Shown here piece after piece: positions 39,774 through 55,261 of a DNA stretch of 64,000 nucleotides. Position 1 is the first letter of the stretch; every line of letters begins with the position of its first letter. The position numbers and the translations under genes are program-made. The notes below the pieces were generated by a model. It did not search any database. It was not told where the DNA came from and saw nothing but the letters and a program-made list of their open reading frames with translations. Source of the stretch: Octopus vulgaris (taxonomy: Eukaryota); assembly GCA_951406725.2 (NCBI GenBank), contig OX597839.1, positions 20,088,001 to 20,152,000 of the forward strand, read 5' to 3'.

Positions 39774-40695
39774 AATGTATACTAACAGGCACATTCATGT
39801 CAGTGTAATTGTGCAAACACACAGACGCACATAAGGAGATGAATGTATGTAAATATGTACATATAGACACACATACTCAAGACACATACGATTGCACACG
39901 CAAATATATGCATGTATAACGTACACATTCGCACACATACACATAGACATATATATACATACATAGACGGGTTTATACACAGTCATACCTTGCCGTAGAA
40001 TCAATTTAGTAATGGTGTTGTCATTGTTGTTGATCCCGTATTGCATTTGTTCCTTTTCCGTTTCTCCTTCATTATTATTATTATTATGTAGTTGTGTTGG
40101 TGGTGGTGGCTGGTGGGTGTTGGTGGTGGTGGTGGTGGTGGTGTTTGTGGTGGTGTTTGTGGTGTTGGTGGTGTTGGTGGTGGTGGTGGTGGTGGTGGTG
40201 GTGGTGGTGGTGGTGTTGGTGGTAGTGGTGGTGGTGGTGGTGGTGGTGGTGGTGGTGTGGTGGTGGTGGTGGTGGTGGTGGTGGTGGTGGTGGTGGTGGT
40301 GGTGGTGGTGGTGGTGGTGGTGGTGGTGTTGGTGGTGGCGGTGTTGGTGGTGGTGGTGGTGGTGGTGATGGTGGTAGTAGTAGTAGTAGTAGTAGTAATT
40401 CGTTGGGAGAATTTCTGAGATGAAAAGATAGAGAGGAAAGGCCAGTGAAGAAGAAAGTGAAGAAGCATTCCATGACGCCGATTTATTATTAAAACGAGTG
40501 GATGCAGTGGACAAGGAAACACTCCTGGGACAACTAGAGCAACAGCAACAGCAAGAACAACTACAACAACAGCACCAACTGCCACAACAAACGATCATAT
40601 ATATATATATATATGGATGTATATATATATAGATAGATATATATATATATATATATATATGTGAGTGTGTATAAAGATATACATATATATACATA

Positions 40696-40746
<51 letters not shown>

Positions 40747-40812
40747 CATACATAAACATATTCATACCTGCCTGCATATACATATACATTTACTTATATG
40801 TAGATAAACTGA

Positions 40813-40931
<119 letters not shown>

Positions 40932-40932
40932 C

Positions 40933-41043
<111 letters not shown>

Positions 41044-41401
41044 CACATACATATCCATATATACATATATACATATATATAAACACTTATTTCTATCTAT
41101 GTGTGTGGCGACCATGTCCTTGTTCAACGTCACTTTCACAACAAACAGATTGTGGGAGTCTGTTTTCTAAGTTTCTGTGGTTTTTGATGGTATCTGTGTT
41201 AAAAAACAAAAAAAAAAACAAAATCGATACAACATCAAGTGAGTGTGTGCGTGTGTGTGTGCGTGAGTGAGTGAGTGAGAATTTGTACTTCTCTCTTTAC
41301 TCCTGAGAGTATAATGCATTGATTTTCACACAGGGTCTTTTTTTATTCTTTCTTCAAGCTGGCTATAGTCTTACGCATATTTTTATTACTGTCTGTCTGA
41401 C

Positions 41402-41444
<43 letters not shown>

Positions 41445-41490
41445 ATGTATGTATGTATGCATGTATGTATGTATGTATGTATATATATAT

Positions 41491-41675
41491 AAAGTTAATC
41501 CAAACATGAAAACGCAAAGAGAAAACACAACAACGCGAGGACGTGGAACAAATATGGTATTATTGGACGCTCAGGAAAGAAGGAGGGTTTAACGTTTCGA
41601 GCGGATCTCTTCGTCAGAAACATAGGAGAAGGGAAGACGTAGGAAAGAAAATCGCCAACGGTACACACGCGGTCA
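41491..41675 (-). mobile_element. Penelope-like 3' terminus of a second subfamily
   Basis: Flanked by (TA)n, carries a hammerhead and shares the TTTCCTGAGCG motif with 32459-32470. Confidence 0.7.
41587..41621 (-). ncRNA. minimal type I hammerhead ribozyme, canonical core
   Basis: GTTT-CTGACGA-A-GAG(ATCCG)CTC-GAAACGT-T-AAAC. Confidence 0.7.
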
Positions 41676-41678
41676 TAT

Positions 41679-41734
<56 letters not shown>

Positions 41735-41736
<2 letters not shown>

Positions 41737-41893
41737 TCATCATCATCATTCATCATTGTTCGACCGTGGTCGAGACAATGGAATTTACTATGTTACGCCA
41801 GACTTCACGGACCATCATAGCATTACGGAGGTCCTGTTGCTGGATGCCTGTATCCCTGGAGATTACATCAGGGTAGGAGAGTGTGCGCCCTCT

Positions 41894-41896
<3 letters not shown>
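41735..41896 (-). mobile_element. RTE LINE 3' end
   Basis: Near-identical to 26910-27065 (TRGRTLSYPDVISRD..EQ*). Confidence 0.88.
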
Positions 41897-41957
<61 letters not shown>

Positions 41958-42242
41958 CATGTATGTGCTTTTGTACATTCGTATAAATAAATGAGCTTTT
42001 GTAAGTAAGCGTGTGCATAAGACAGGGTGCGCATGCGTATCCGTACGTAAGCGTGAGTGTGTGAGCGAGCGTGCAAACGCATCTGATACGTGCCTGTATT
42101 TGGGGGTCTTTAGAAAACTGGCTTTAAAAAGAATGCTATGGAGACTATTCTGGAATATAGTTCCTCGCCACCAATGGCCAAATATTTCAAATGGGAATCT
42201 ATAATCTCGCAATAAAAACTCCCCCAAATTCTCCTTATTTCA

Positions 42243-42296
<54 letters not shown>

Positions 42297-42356
42297 GTGC
42301 ATTCTCTTTCAACCTTCCGATTCTTCAGGGTTCTTTGCTGTATGTTTCTTTATTTT

Positions 42357-42407
<51 letters not shown>

Positions 42408-42782
42408 ATGTATATATATATATATGCGTGTGTGTGTATGTGTGAATATATTTATGTATATACATATATATATATATATATGTTTGTATACATATATGTA
42501 TTTATATCTGCGTGTGAGTATATATATATACAATCATATCAATATATATATGTGCGTGCGTCTATGTGTTAATGTACGTATATGTATATATGTATATATA
42601 TGTAGTTATGTGTGTAATTATTTGTATATATGTATGTATGCCTGCATGTAAGTATGTATGTATGCATTTATGTATGTGTGTGTATATAAACATATATATA
42701 TACACACACATATATATATGTATGTATACAAGCATATCAATATATACCTGTGCGTGTGTGTGAATGTATGTAAATGTATATA

Positions 42783-42841
<59 letters not shown>

Positions 42842-43522
42842 ATGTGTGTGTGTAGTTATGTATGTACGCATCTATGTGTATATATATGTATCTATGCCTG
42901 CATGCATGCTTGTATGTATCAATCTATTATTTTTATTTGCCTTCAATTTTGCTCTGATGATTATAACTGCTGGACAACTCACTCGCTGGCTGACTGCTTG
43001 ACTTCCATAACAAACGCCATCTTTCTTCTGCATTTCCACATATATATTTATGCTTATACGTAGATACACTTACGTTTATATCTGCTTATTTTTATATATT
43101 CTCTCTTTGATTTCTTCATGCTTTTTATCTGATGAGAGATATTATTTCCCCCCTTTTTTTATGTATGTATAATTTTGTGCTTTATTGCGTACAGATGGGG
43201 GGAATGGAACAGTGTTCCCTTAAGATTTTCTTCAATATTTTCATTTTTATGGATCTATATACTGTTTCTTGATGTTTTGGATGAAGACTATGAGGAACGG
43301 TAGAATTCTTTGGATTTTTGGGGACTAGATTTGCCTTGTGGTGTTATATAGTTATTTACGTCTATTTTAATTTTATGATCATAAATTTCGTATATGTTGA
43401 TCGCCGGGAATTCTTTCGTTAAAATATGGAGCAGTAATGCCCCGTGCTCGCATTTCACATGACTACACTTGTCACTAATACAAATAAACCCTCATACACA
43501 CATACATACATACATACATACA

Positions 43523-43553
<31 letters not shown>

Positions 43554-43887
43554 GCACACACACAAATACATACATATACGCACAAATACATACACATACA
43601 TACATTGCATTACATACATACATACATACAAACATACATATATACATACACACATACAAACACAAATACATTGATACATACACACATATATATACATACA
43701 TAATACATACGTACACACACATACATACATGCACATACATACATACATACATTATATACATACACACACATGCATACGTACGCATACATACATACATACA
43801 TACATACATACATACATACATACATACATACATACATACATACATACATACATACATACATGTATACATGTATACATACATACACAC

Positions 43888-44463
43888 GACGTTCTGCGTT
43901 CAAGTACGGCAGAGGTCGACTTTGCCTTTCATTCTTTTGGGTTCGATAAAATAGGTACCAGCTGAACACAGCGGTCGATGTAACATACTTGATCCTTCCC
44001 CGGGAATTCTTAGCCTTGTGCCAAAATTTGAAACCTATATTCTTTTCTACCCAAGGCACAAGGCCTGAACTTTTTGGGTTGGGGGGCCAGTCGATTATAT
44101 CGAACCCAGTACGCAACTGGTACTTAATTTATCCACATCGAAATGATGAAAGGCAAAGTCGACCTCGGCAGAATTTGATCTCAGATCGTGAGGACGAACA
44201 AAATGTCGCTAAACATTTTGTGCGGCGCGCCTTAAATTATGATAATAAGGGTTTCAAAATTTGCCACAAGGGCAGCAGTTTTGAGGCAGAGAGATAAATC
44301 AATTACATCGACTTCAGCGCTCAACGAATGCGTATTTTCTCGACCCCGAACGGTTGAAAGACAAAATTGACCTCGGCGGGATTTGAACTCAGAACATAAA
44401 GACAGACGAAATGCCGCTAAGCATTTTGCACAGTATGATAACGATTCCCTAAGATCGCCGCCT
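43888..44463. mobile_element. degenerate SINE family C relatives
   Basis: Several GTCGACCTCGGC..TTTGAACTCAGAA motifs in both orientations. Confidence 0.7.
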
Positions 44464-45509
44464 TTTTCTTCCTCTTCTTTTTTTCTTCTTCTTGTTCTCC
44501 TTCTTCTTTTCCTCCTTGTTTTTCTTCTTTTGCTTCCTCCTCCTCCTCCTCCTCCACACCATCATCATCATCATCATCATCACCAACTTCATCATATCCT
44601 CTTTCTTCTCCTCCTCCTCCTTTTTTCTTCTTCATCCTCCTCCTTTTGCTTCCCCCTCCTCCTCCTCATCATCATCATCATCATCGCTAACTTCATCATA
44701 TCCTCCTTCTTCTCCTCCTCCTCCTCCTTTTTTCTTCTTCATCCTCCTCCTCCTCATCATCATCATCATCTTCAACTTCATCATATCGTCCTTATCATCA
44801 TCGTCAACTTCATATCCTTCTCATCCTCCTCCTTCTTCTTCATCCTCCGATTCCCCTCCTACTTCATCTCCTCCTCCACCGACACCGCCACCAACAACAA
44901 CAACACCTCCTCCTTCTACTACGCCTCTCCTCCGCCCACCTCTCCTACCTATATTGCCAGTCGTGACCACCCATCATATTCAGGATAAAAAAAAATTAAT
45001 CACCCATTTCGTCCCTTTCACACGATCACTTTAAGGCTAGTAATATACTGAGCTATTTCTAGCACATCACCAGCCACACAGAGGCTCGACTCCATCGTTC
45101 TCTTTATCAAAAGAGAAAAAAAATCGTTTCGTTCAAAATCACTTTCGATTTATATAATTAGTTATTCTTCTTTTTGTATCCTGTTGCATATCTCGTGCCA
45201 AACTTCGTTGTTTCTTGTACAACTTTGACCCATAAAATACATTTTAATACCCCTTATTAACTAGTGGCTTTATCCCATTAACATTTTAATGGAGCGTGGC
45301 TTTCCTTTTATGGGTGCTAATCTGAGTGGTTGATTGTTTAGATTTTTTTTATATATATATAATTTTTGTGGTCGTTATGACAGTATGGACGGACTTTGGC
45401 TATTAACATGAACGTACATGTTTTTTGTGACGTTATATGTATTTACGCTTGTGGAGGCAGCGAGAGAGAGGAACATATTTATGTATGCATGTATATTTAT
45501 GTATGCATG

Positions 45510-45572
<63 letters not shown>

Positions 45573-45736
45573 AGATATATATACATATAATTACAGACAC
45601 ACCTACACACGTATGCATGTATACTTATGCGTATGTATATGTATTTACGTTATATGTATTTACGCTTGTGGAGGCAGCTAGAGAGAGGAACATATTTATG
45701 TATGCATGTATATATATATATATATATATATGTGTG

Positions 45737-45785
<49 letters not shown>

Positions 45786-46170
45786 ATATATATACATATA
45801 TTTACAGACACACCCACACACGTATGTATGTATACTTATGCGTATGTATATGTATATGTATTTTTTAGAGAGAATGAGGAGGAAAGAAAGAGAAAGAGAA
45901 AGTGATTGTGTGAGTGATGTGATTGAACTTGTTCCTGACTGTCAGTGTCTGAAAATGAGTGAGCGGGTGCGTGTGTTTATATATATATGCGTGTGTGTGT
46001 GTAGTGTTTGTGTTTGTGCGTATGTGTAAATGCGTTTTCTACAGGACAGCCAACAACTGTGTATGTGTATCGTTTTATATGTGTCTGTATGAATCTATAC
46101 ATACATTCATACACACATATCTATACATACATATATATATATACAATCATACACATACATATATAGATAC

Positions 46171-46229
<59 letters not shown>

Positions 46230-46459
46230 TATATACATATACATACATACATACATACATACATACATACATACATACATACATACAGCTATATAATTTG
46301 CACATATATTTATTAGGAAGCGTGATAGTTTATTTAGACGTTTCCCCAGTACGGGGTTATTCAATTATCTAACATTGGCACAACTTCGAAAAGTGAGTAT
46401 GCGTACACATACCCACATACCTATATCCGTGCACGTACGTACATACATACATACATACA

Positions 46460-46495
<36 letters not shown>

Positions 46496-46589
46496 TATAT
46501 AGGTACGAACGTACGTAATAATACATATATACCAATGTGTTCTTTGTCACAAACATTCTCAAAATATGGACACATATAAACAACAAACT

Positions 46590-46781
46590 ATACAGCGTAC
46601 TGGGAGTAAGCGCCTGCAGATTCTATTTCCAGTGAGATTCATGACCCCGTTGCCGGAGCAATCCAGAATACATGAAACAAAAAATGATACAACAAATAAT
46701 AGGTTGGAAAGCATTGAGACGGGTGGATCAAAAGACTATTGTTGGACCCTTAAGAAGGAAAACCGTACCCGAGAAAAATAG
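46590..46781 (+). pseudogene. possible decayed DNA-transposon transposase C-terminus
   Basis: Rests on the DYCWTLKKE motif only; superfamily not assigned. Confidence 0.25.
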
Positions 46782-47051
46782 AACTAACGTAGCTTTGTTA
46801 GTTGCGACCACAAAATAAATGTGTTTGTTGTGGTTGTTACATGGATAAACATGGATTGTTATAGTAAGAACACATTTCCATAATTCCTATGTGCGGATGA
46901 TCGCCATATCTTAAAGAAAGGAATCATAGCTCGTATTCTTTTTTTACGGGGTGTTCTTGCTAAATTTAGCGATTTTTAAGACTTTTTTTTTTGTCTCTTT
47001 GTTCTCGGGAACAGCTTGGTGTATTGGTGAATAGTCAATGGCGCTGGAAAG

Positions 47052-47398
47052 TGGGGACACGTAGCTTAGAGGTTAGGGGTGTTGGACTCATGACCGTAAG
47101 TTTGTGGTTTCAATTCCTGGACCTGGTGCCGCGTTGTGTTCTTGCGCAAAACCCATCATTCCATGTGCTCCAGGCCACTCAGCTAATGGTTAGGATGTTG
47201 CACTCATGACTTCTAGATTGTGGTTTCAATTCCTGGACTGGGCAATACATTGTGTTCTTGAGCAAGACACTTCATTTCCTGTTGCTCCAGGCCACTCAGC
47301 TAATGGTTAGGATGTTGCACTCATGACTTCTAGATTGTGGTTTCAATTCCTGGACTGGGCAGTGCATTGTGTTATTGTGCAAAACACTTCATTCCACG
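47052..47398 (+). repeat. three tandem ~115-bp SINE head+CORE units
   Basis: ctcatgac..tgtggtttcaattcctggac..gtgttcttgagcaagacac occurs three times. Confidence 0.8.
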
Positions 47399-47403
47399 TA
47401 TAT

Positions 47404-47790
47404 AGGCACAGGAGTGGCTATATGGTAAGAAGCTTGCATCCGAACAACATTGTTCTGGGGTCAGTCCCACTGCCTGGCACCTTGGGCAAATGTTTCTACT
47501 ATAGCCTCAGGCCGACCAAAGCCTTGTGAGTGGATTTGGTAGACAGAAGCTGGAAGAAGCCCGTCGTGTATGTGTGTGTGTGTGTGTGTTGTTTGTGCCC
47601 CCCATCATCGCTTGACAATCCGTGTCGGTGTGTTTACGTCCCCGTCATTTAGCGATTCAGCAAAAAGCGACCGATAGAAGTAAAGAAGTACTAGCCTTTA
47701 AAAGAATAATTCCCGGGTTCCATTTATTCGACTAAAAGCGGTTCTCACTCATACCCGCAATCAGATGACTGAAACAAGTAAAAGAATAAA
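47404..47790 (+). mobile_element. SINE family A, diverged
   Basis: Head, core and tail motifs are present. Confidence 0.85.
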
Positions 47791-47935
47791 ATAATATATA
47801 TGTGTGTGTGTGTGTGTGTTTGCTTGTGTGTATGTGTGCGTGTGTATAAGTATATGTCTATACACACACATATAGGTATATAAACACGTATATATATATA
47901 TATATATATATATACATAATATTTATACACACGTA

Positions 47936-47983
<48 letters not shown>

Positions 47984-48020
47984 ATATTTATACACACGTA
48001 TGTATATGTGTGTGTATATA

Positions 48021-48053
<33 letters not shown>

Positions 48054-48183
48054 GTATGTGTATACACACGTATGTGTATACATACATACGTATGTACGTG
48101 TGTGTCTGTGTGTGTGCGCGAGTAAAAATTTAGTATATGTTTAACTCTTTCCTATTATTTTTTGCGTGTGTATAGCCCACACG

Positions 48184-48214
<31 letters not shown>

Positions 48215-49118
48215 ACGTACAGAGAAAAACAAAGAAGTTGGGGGGGGGGGCAGACTTGAAAGAGAGAAAATGGGGGTGGGATAGAGAAACACGGGAAACA
48301 GAGAAGAAGAAGGAAGGATTGAAAAAAAAAAATGAGGAAGATAAAAAGCGGAAGATGAAATCCATCCGTAAGTGTGCTACATTCATCGAAATTCGAACCA
48401 CTGACCGATTTTTTTATTTCTCAGCGAAAGCATTTCGCCAGCTGAATAAACCCTTCCTCTTGTATGCACTTGGTTGCTTTATAATATAAACATTATAGTC
48501 GTCCAATCATCGCTGATGTCGGCCTACACCACCCTGACATTAGCATCATCATCGTCATCATCATCGTTATCATCATTACCAACATCACCAGCACCACTTC
48601 GCACTTAGTATCATCATCATAATCATCATCATCATCATCATCATCTCCATTACCACCACCACCAGCTCGCCGTTAGTATTCTCCTCCTCCTCATCATCAT
48701 CATCATCATCATCATTGTCATCATTGTCATCATCATCATCAACATCATCAACATCATCGTCCTCCACTTTATCATCGTCGTCGTCATCCTCATCATCATC
48801 ATTATTCTCATCATCGTTATTCTCATCATCATCATACTGATGAATATCACCATCGTCAAACTGATCATCATCATTCTCATCCTCCTCATCCTCTTCCTCA
48901 TCATCCTCATCAAAATCATCATCATCATCATCATTATCATCAATATCATCATCAATATCATTAACATCCCCATCATCATCATGATCATCCTCATCAATAT
49001 CATCATCATCATCCCCATCAATATTATTGTCCTCATCAATATCATCATCATCAGTATCATCATCCTCATCATCATCATCATCAATATCATCATCATCCTC
49101 GTCTTCATCATCATCCTT

Positions 49119-49150
<32 letters not shown>

Positions 49151-49599
49151 TATCATCACCATCATCATTATCACCATCTTCCTCATCCTCATCATCCTCA
49201 TCATCATCATCATCCACCACCACCACCACCATCACTAAAGTATTTCTTCATCACTATACCGTTCTCGGAACGATCATCACGTCATCAATACCGACTCCCC
49301 ACCACCATTACCAACTCTACCACCACTGTCACCACCACTACTACAACAAACACCATCACCATTACCACCACTACCACCACTACCACCACCACTGCTATCA
49401 TTAAAACCCTTACAACCACTATCACCACCGCTACTACTAACAGTAACATCACAACTACGGTCGCCACCATTCCGACTACTAGCACCATCACCCCCACTAC
49501 AACCACCACTACAACCACCACCAACACTACTACCACCACTACCACCACCTACCACCACTACCACCACAGTTACCACCACCACAAACTTCACCACCACAA

Positions 49600-50412
49600 T
49601 GGATTAAGTCGATTACATCGACCCCAGTTCATAACTGGTTCTTAATTTATCGACCCCGAAAGGATGAAAGGCAAAGTCAACCTCGGCGAAATTTGAACTC
49701 AGAACGTAACGGCAGACGAAATACCTATTTCTTTACTACCCACAAGGGGCTAAACACAGAGGGGACAAACAAGGACAGGCACGCGGATTAAGTCGATTTA
49801 CATCGATCCCAGTGCGTAACTGGTACTTATTTAATCAACCCCGAAAGGATGAAAGGCAAAGTCGATCTCGGAGGAATTTGAACTCAGAACGTAGCGGCAG
49901 ACGAAATACCGCTAAGAATTTCGCCTGGCGTGCTAACGATTCTGCCAGCTTGCCTCCTTAAGATCACCAAATATTGCCTTCAAATTTTGACCCAAGTCCA
50001 TTAATTTCAACATAGGGATTAAGTCGATTACATTGACCCCAGTGTTCAACTGGTACTTATTATAAGGCGGTGAGCTGGCAGAAACGTTAGCACGCCGGGC
50101 GAAATGCTTAGCGTTACGTTGTGAGTTCAAATTCCGCCGAGGTCGACTTTGCCTTTCATCCTTTCAGGGTCGATAAATTAAGTACCAGTTACGCACTGGG
50201 GTCAATGTAATCGACTTAATACCTATGTCTGTCCTTGTTTGTCCCCTCTGTGTTTAGCCCCTTGTGGGTAATAAAGAAATAGGTACTTATTATATCGACC
50301 CCGAAAGGACGAAAGGCAAAGTCGACCTCGGGGGGAATTGACCTCAGAGCGCAAAGACGGACGAAATTCCGTTAAGTATTTTTCTCGGCTTACAAACTAT
50401 TCTGCCAGCTCG
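49600..50412. mobile_element. SINE family C cluster: minus-strand dimer plus a plus-strand copy (50064-50284) nested in a minus-strand copy
   Basis: TSD GGTACTTATTAT at 50052-50063 and 50282-50293. Confidence 0.9.
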
Positions 50413-50852
50413 CTGTCAAATCTCCATCGAATATTAACGGCCGTACAAAGCCATCTGATTACACCGGACAGTGGACAGTGGACATTGGATAGCGATATTG
50501 GCTATAACAATGGAATAGGTATTGGTCAACATATACAGAGAATCGGAGAGAGAAAAAGAGAGACAGAAAAGCGGGGAGATGGAGGTGTGTGATCGGAGAT
50601 GGACAATCGGACAATCGGACAAACAGACAAACGGTCAAGCAGCCAACAAACCAAACTAATAATAAAGTTAGAATCACTTATAAAAGTTACTGGTGCTATA
50701 TTGGTAAATTCAGTGTGGCAGATATAATAATAATGTCCGAAGTTTGGGAGGTATTGGAGAAAAATTCTGGCCGGAATTTTGTGGAATCAACGCATATTCG
50801 TGTGTATTTATGAGTGAATGGAAAGACGTCATAAATGGTTTAAGCATACATT

Positions 50853-50925
<73 letters not shown>

Positions 50926-51011
50926 GAGGAGAGAAAGAGAGAAAGTGTTGTGCGATTCGGAATTATGGTTTGCATGAGGATAAGTGCTTATATCGAACTG
51001 TGTGTATATAC

Positions 51012-51068
<57 letters not shown>

Positions 51069-51240
51069 CATATATATATGAAAACATGTATGTATGCATA
51101 CATACATACATACATGCATCCACAAACACATATATATACATATAAATGTAGATATATAGATATGTTTATACATACATATTTATGAATGTATATATATATA
51201 CGTATGCATATATATATGTATATATATATATATATGTATG

Positions 51241-51351
<111 letters not shown>

Positions 51352-51505
51352 AGAGAGAGATTAATATGAATAGACTAACAGGTAAAAAGATAGATAAAAT
51401 TATACATAGATGATAGATAGATAGATAGATAGATAAAGCTATATGTGAGAATGTGTGTGGTAATGTTTACGACCAAATATTACGAAATATAGCTTACATC
51501 TATCT

Positions 51506-51546
<41 letters not shown>

Positions 51547-51678
51547 CGCGTGCTTCTTCGGTTTACCTCGCTCAACAAATCTCGTTTTGCCTCCCTCACA
51601 AACACACACACGAGCTCTCTCTATATCTCTTTCTCTCCTGTCCACTCAGAACACATACATACAATGTTACACAGACAT

Positions 51679-51742
<64 letters not shown>

Positions 51743-51747
51743 CTATA

Positions 51748-51828
<81 letters not shown>

Positions 51829-52095
51829 CTATCTATATATATCTATATCTATATATATAGATATAGATATACGTACATACATACATATGTATATATATAT
51901 GTGTGTGTGTGTGTGTGTCGGGAGGTGTATGTATATATGTAAATATGTATGTATGTATCTGTGTGTGTGTGTGTATGTGTGTGCGTGTTTGTATATATAT
52001 ATATATATATGTGCGTGTATATATGTGTGTGTATGTGAATGCATGTGTGTTTATGCATAGATATATAAATATATAAATATATATCTATATGCATA

Positions 52096-52152
<57 letters not shown>

Positions 52153-52693
52153 CAATTCGTATATATATATACACCTATATATGTATAATATATACATAAT
52201 ATACATACATGATATACATACATAATATATATATACACTCTCACATAGATAAAACACTATATAATGTACTTACATAATATAAAATTTATATACATAGGAT
52301 ATATTACATCTATGTACGTGCATCAACATTCACACACGTGTATAAACGCCCATTTACACGCACACATGCTCTTACACACACACACACACACACGTGCACG
52401 AGTACACACATACACACACGCACACACGTCCACCAGTCACCTACATACACGTGTGTGTGTATGTGTGTATAAGTATGGATATCCGTATAATTGCCATAAA
52501 ACGAAATGTGTGAAGCTAGCCAACGTGACACGAAACAAGAGAGAATTCGAGGCCATAAAAGTTTAGTCCAGCAAACAGTTGTAAATAAGACCTACGCCAA
52601 AAGTAATGTGTTCTTAATGGCTTTGTTAACTGCACCATAGTTTACAAGTGTCTCGGTGAAAATTGCTAAGATGTAAAATGAGAAGATATATAC

Positions 52694-52792
<99 letters not shown>

Positions 52793-53165
52793 TATATATA
52801 TAAATGCGTATGTATGTGTGTGTGAGTGCGGTAGGTGAGGAAGGAGAGATCAATTCGGTAAAAATGACCAGTACAGCTTTGGCCAATGTGTTTGGGAAGT
52901 GTCGGGAGAGGATCGGGAGTGCGTTTTCTGTGCGTTTATCGTGAAGTCGTTGTTGGTGGAGATGAGGTGATGGGGAGATGAGGAGATGACGGATGGAGGA
53001 AGGCGGATGGCGGGTGGCGGGTGGTGGATGGTGGAAGTTTGACGGTCAGTATGTTGGAAGTAGTTTTCACAATACTATGTATGTATGAAGGTATGTATAT
53101 ATCTATATATTTATGTATGTGTATGTATATATATATGTGTGTGTATATATATATGTATGTATATA

Positions 53166-53210
<45 letters not shown>

Positions 53211-53225
53211 ATATATTACATGTGT

Positions 53226-53243
53226 GTATGTGTGTATGTTCGT

Positions 53244-53304
<61 letters not shown>

Positions 53305-53455
53305 TGTGTGAGCGTGTGACTATGCACATATATTTTGTACGTATATATATTACATGCGTATAAAATATATGTGCATAGTCACACGCTCACACACCAACAT
53401 ATATATATATATATATACATACATATATATATATATACGAACATACACACATACT
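53226..53455. repeat. fold-back inverted repeat
   Basis: 40-bp arms at 53302-53341 and 53357-53396 with one mismatch; similarity extends outward through the TA tracts. Confidence 0.85.
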
Positions 53456-53521
53456 TATAAATACCTATATAAATATATATACTAATACATGTGTATGTAA
53501 TACTTATATATACCTGTATGC

Positions 53522-53555
<34 letters not shown>

Positions 53556-53557
53556 AT

Positions 53558-53631
<74 letters not shown>

Positions 53632-53989
53632 TATATACAATATATATGCATATATATATATACATACATACATACATACGGACACAGACACCTGCATACA
53701 CGGTCACATAAGATACAAATATATATCTGCACGCGAAGATAATCACCGACCCAACGCATCTATCCCAACTCTACACATACATATATTTATGTGTGTGTGT
53801 GTGTGTGTATGTGTGTGTTCCAGAGAAAGCTAGACATACAGCTACCCATGATTCTAGCTGGACCTAATTCCTTAAGTAAGGACGGAACTGCACTCACCAA
53901 AGCCAAAGAGGGTGAGGTAGTAAGATGTAGCAACAACAAAGGTAGTGCTGCAGCATGGACTCGTGTGTAAAATAATAACATATGGATAG

Positions 53990-54035
<46 letters not shown>

Positions 54036-54037
<2 letters not shown>

Positions 54038-54303
54038 GCACATGGCCTAGTGATTAGATCAGCAGACTCGCGGTCGAGGGATCGCAAGTTCGAATCACAG
54101 ACCTAAGCTCCAATGCGGCTCCGGCAGAAGGTAATGGCGAAACTTCTGCTGACTCTTTCGCCACAACTTTCTCTCACTCTTTCCTCCTGCATCTTGCAGC
54201 TCACCTTCGACGGACCGGCGTCCCGTCCAGGTGGGGAACCTATACGCAAGGAAACCGGGAAACCGGCCCTTATGAGGCAAGCATGGCTCGAGAAGGAACA
54301 AAC

Positions 54304-54304
<1 letters not shown>
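54036..54304 (+). mobile_element. SINE family B2
   Basis: Similar to 21391-21685. Confidence 0.85.
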
Positions 54305-54355
<51 letters not shown>

Positions 54356-54486
54356 TCTGTGAGTGTGTGTGTGTGTGTATGTATGTATGATTATAGTTAT
54401 CCATCCCAAATGGGATGTTGAGCACTCATTCTCATTGTTCATTACAATCGTATTTATATACACCCATACACATACATAACGCATAC

Positions 54487-54542
<56 letters not shown>

Positions 54543-55112
54543 GTGAAGAGTATAGATAAACAGATGTGTATTTCTGAGACAGTAAATTAATGGTCTGCAG
54601 GCAGCAACTCAAAGTTCATGTCCAAATGCTGTTCCTCGATATAGAGTTTGCATCCGTGTATATCTCATTCTTCAAATGGTTTCTGTCAAGTTTAAAAACA
54701 GCAAATTGTCTGCACTTTATTTTTCAATCCTCACAGGCCCGCCACATGAGATTCGATGGTGTATTGTGTACTTTCGTTTATTTGAAAAAAAAAAAAAACT
54801 TAAGTTGCAGTTTAAGGGAACTTTAGTTTTTAGTAAGTCGATCGTCCAGACACACGATTTCTCATTGACTATTAGTAGTTGCTGCAACAGCAGCAGTAGT
54901 AATAGTGATAGTAGCAACAGCAGTAGTAGCAGTAGCAATAGTAGGAGTAGTAGTAACAGCAGTAGTATTATTATTATTCGTAGTAGTAGTAGTAGTAGTA
55001 GTAGTAGCAGCAGCAGCACTAGTCGTAGTAGTGTTAGTAGTAGCAGCAGAAGTAGCATTATTATTGCTATTATTATTATTGTTATTGTTATCATTATTAT
55101 TATTATTATTAT

Positions 55113-55154
<42 letters not shown>

Positions 55155-55218
55155 CAGCAGAAGTAGCATTATTATTATTATTATTATTATTGTTATTATT
55201 ATTATTATTATTATTATT

Positions 55219-55261
<43 letters not shown>

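Noticed and set aside
42295-42360. minus-strand CTGAAGA-ATC(GGAA)GGT-TGAAA island between TA tracts
   Set aside because: No stem III, NUH or stem I partner; too weak to call.
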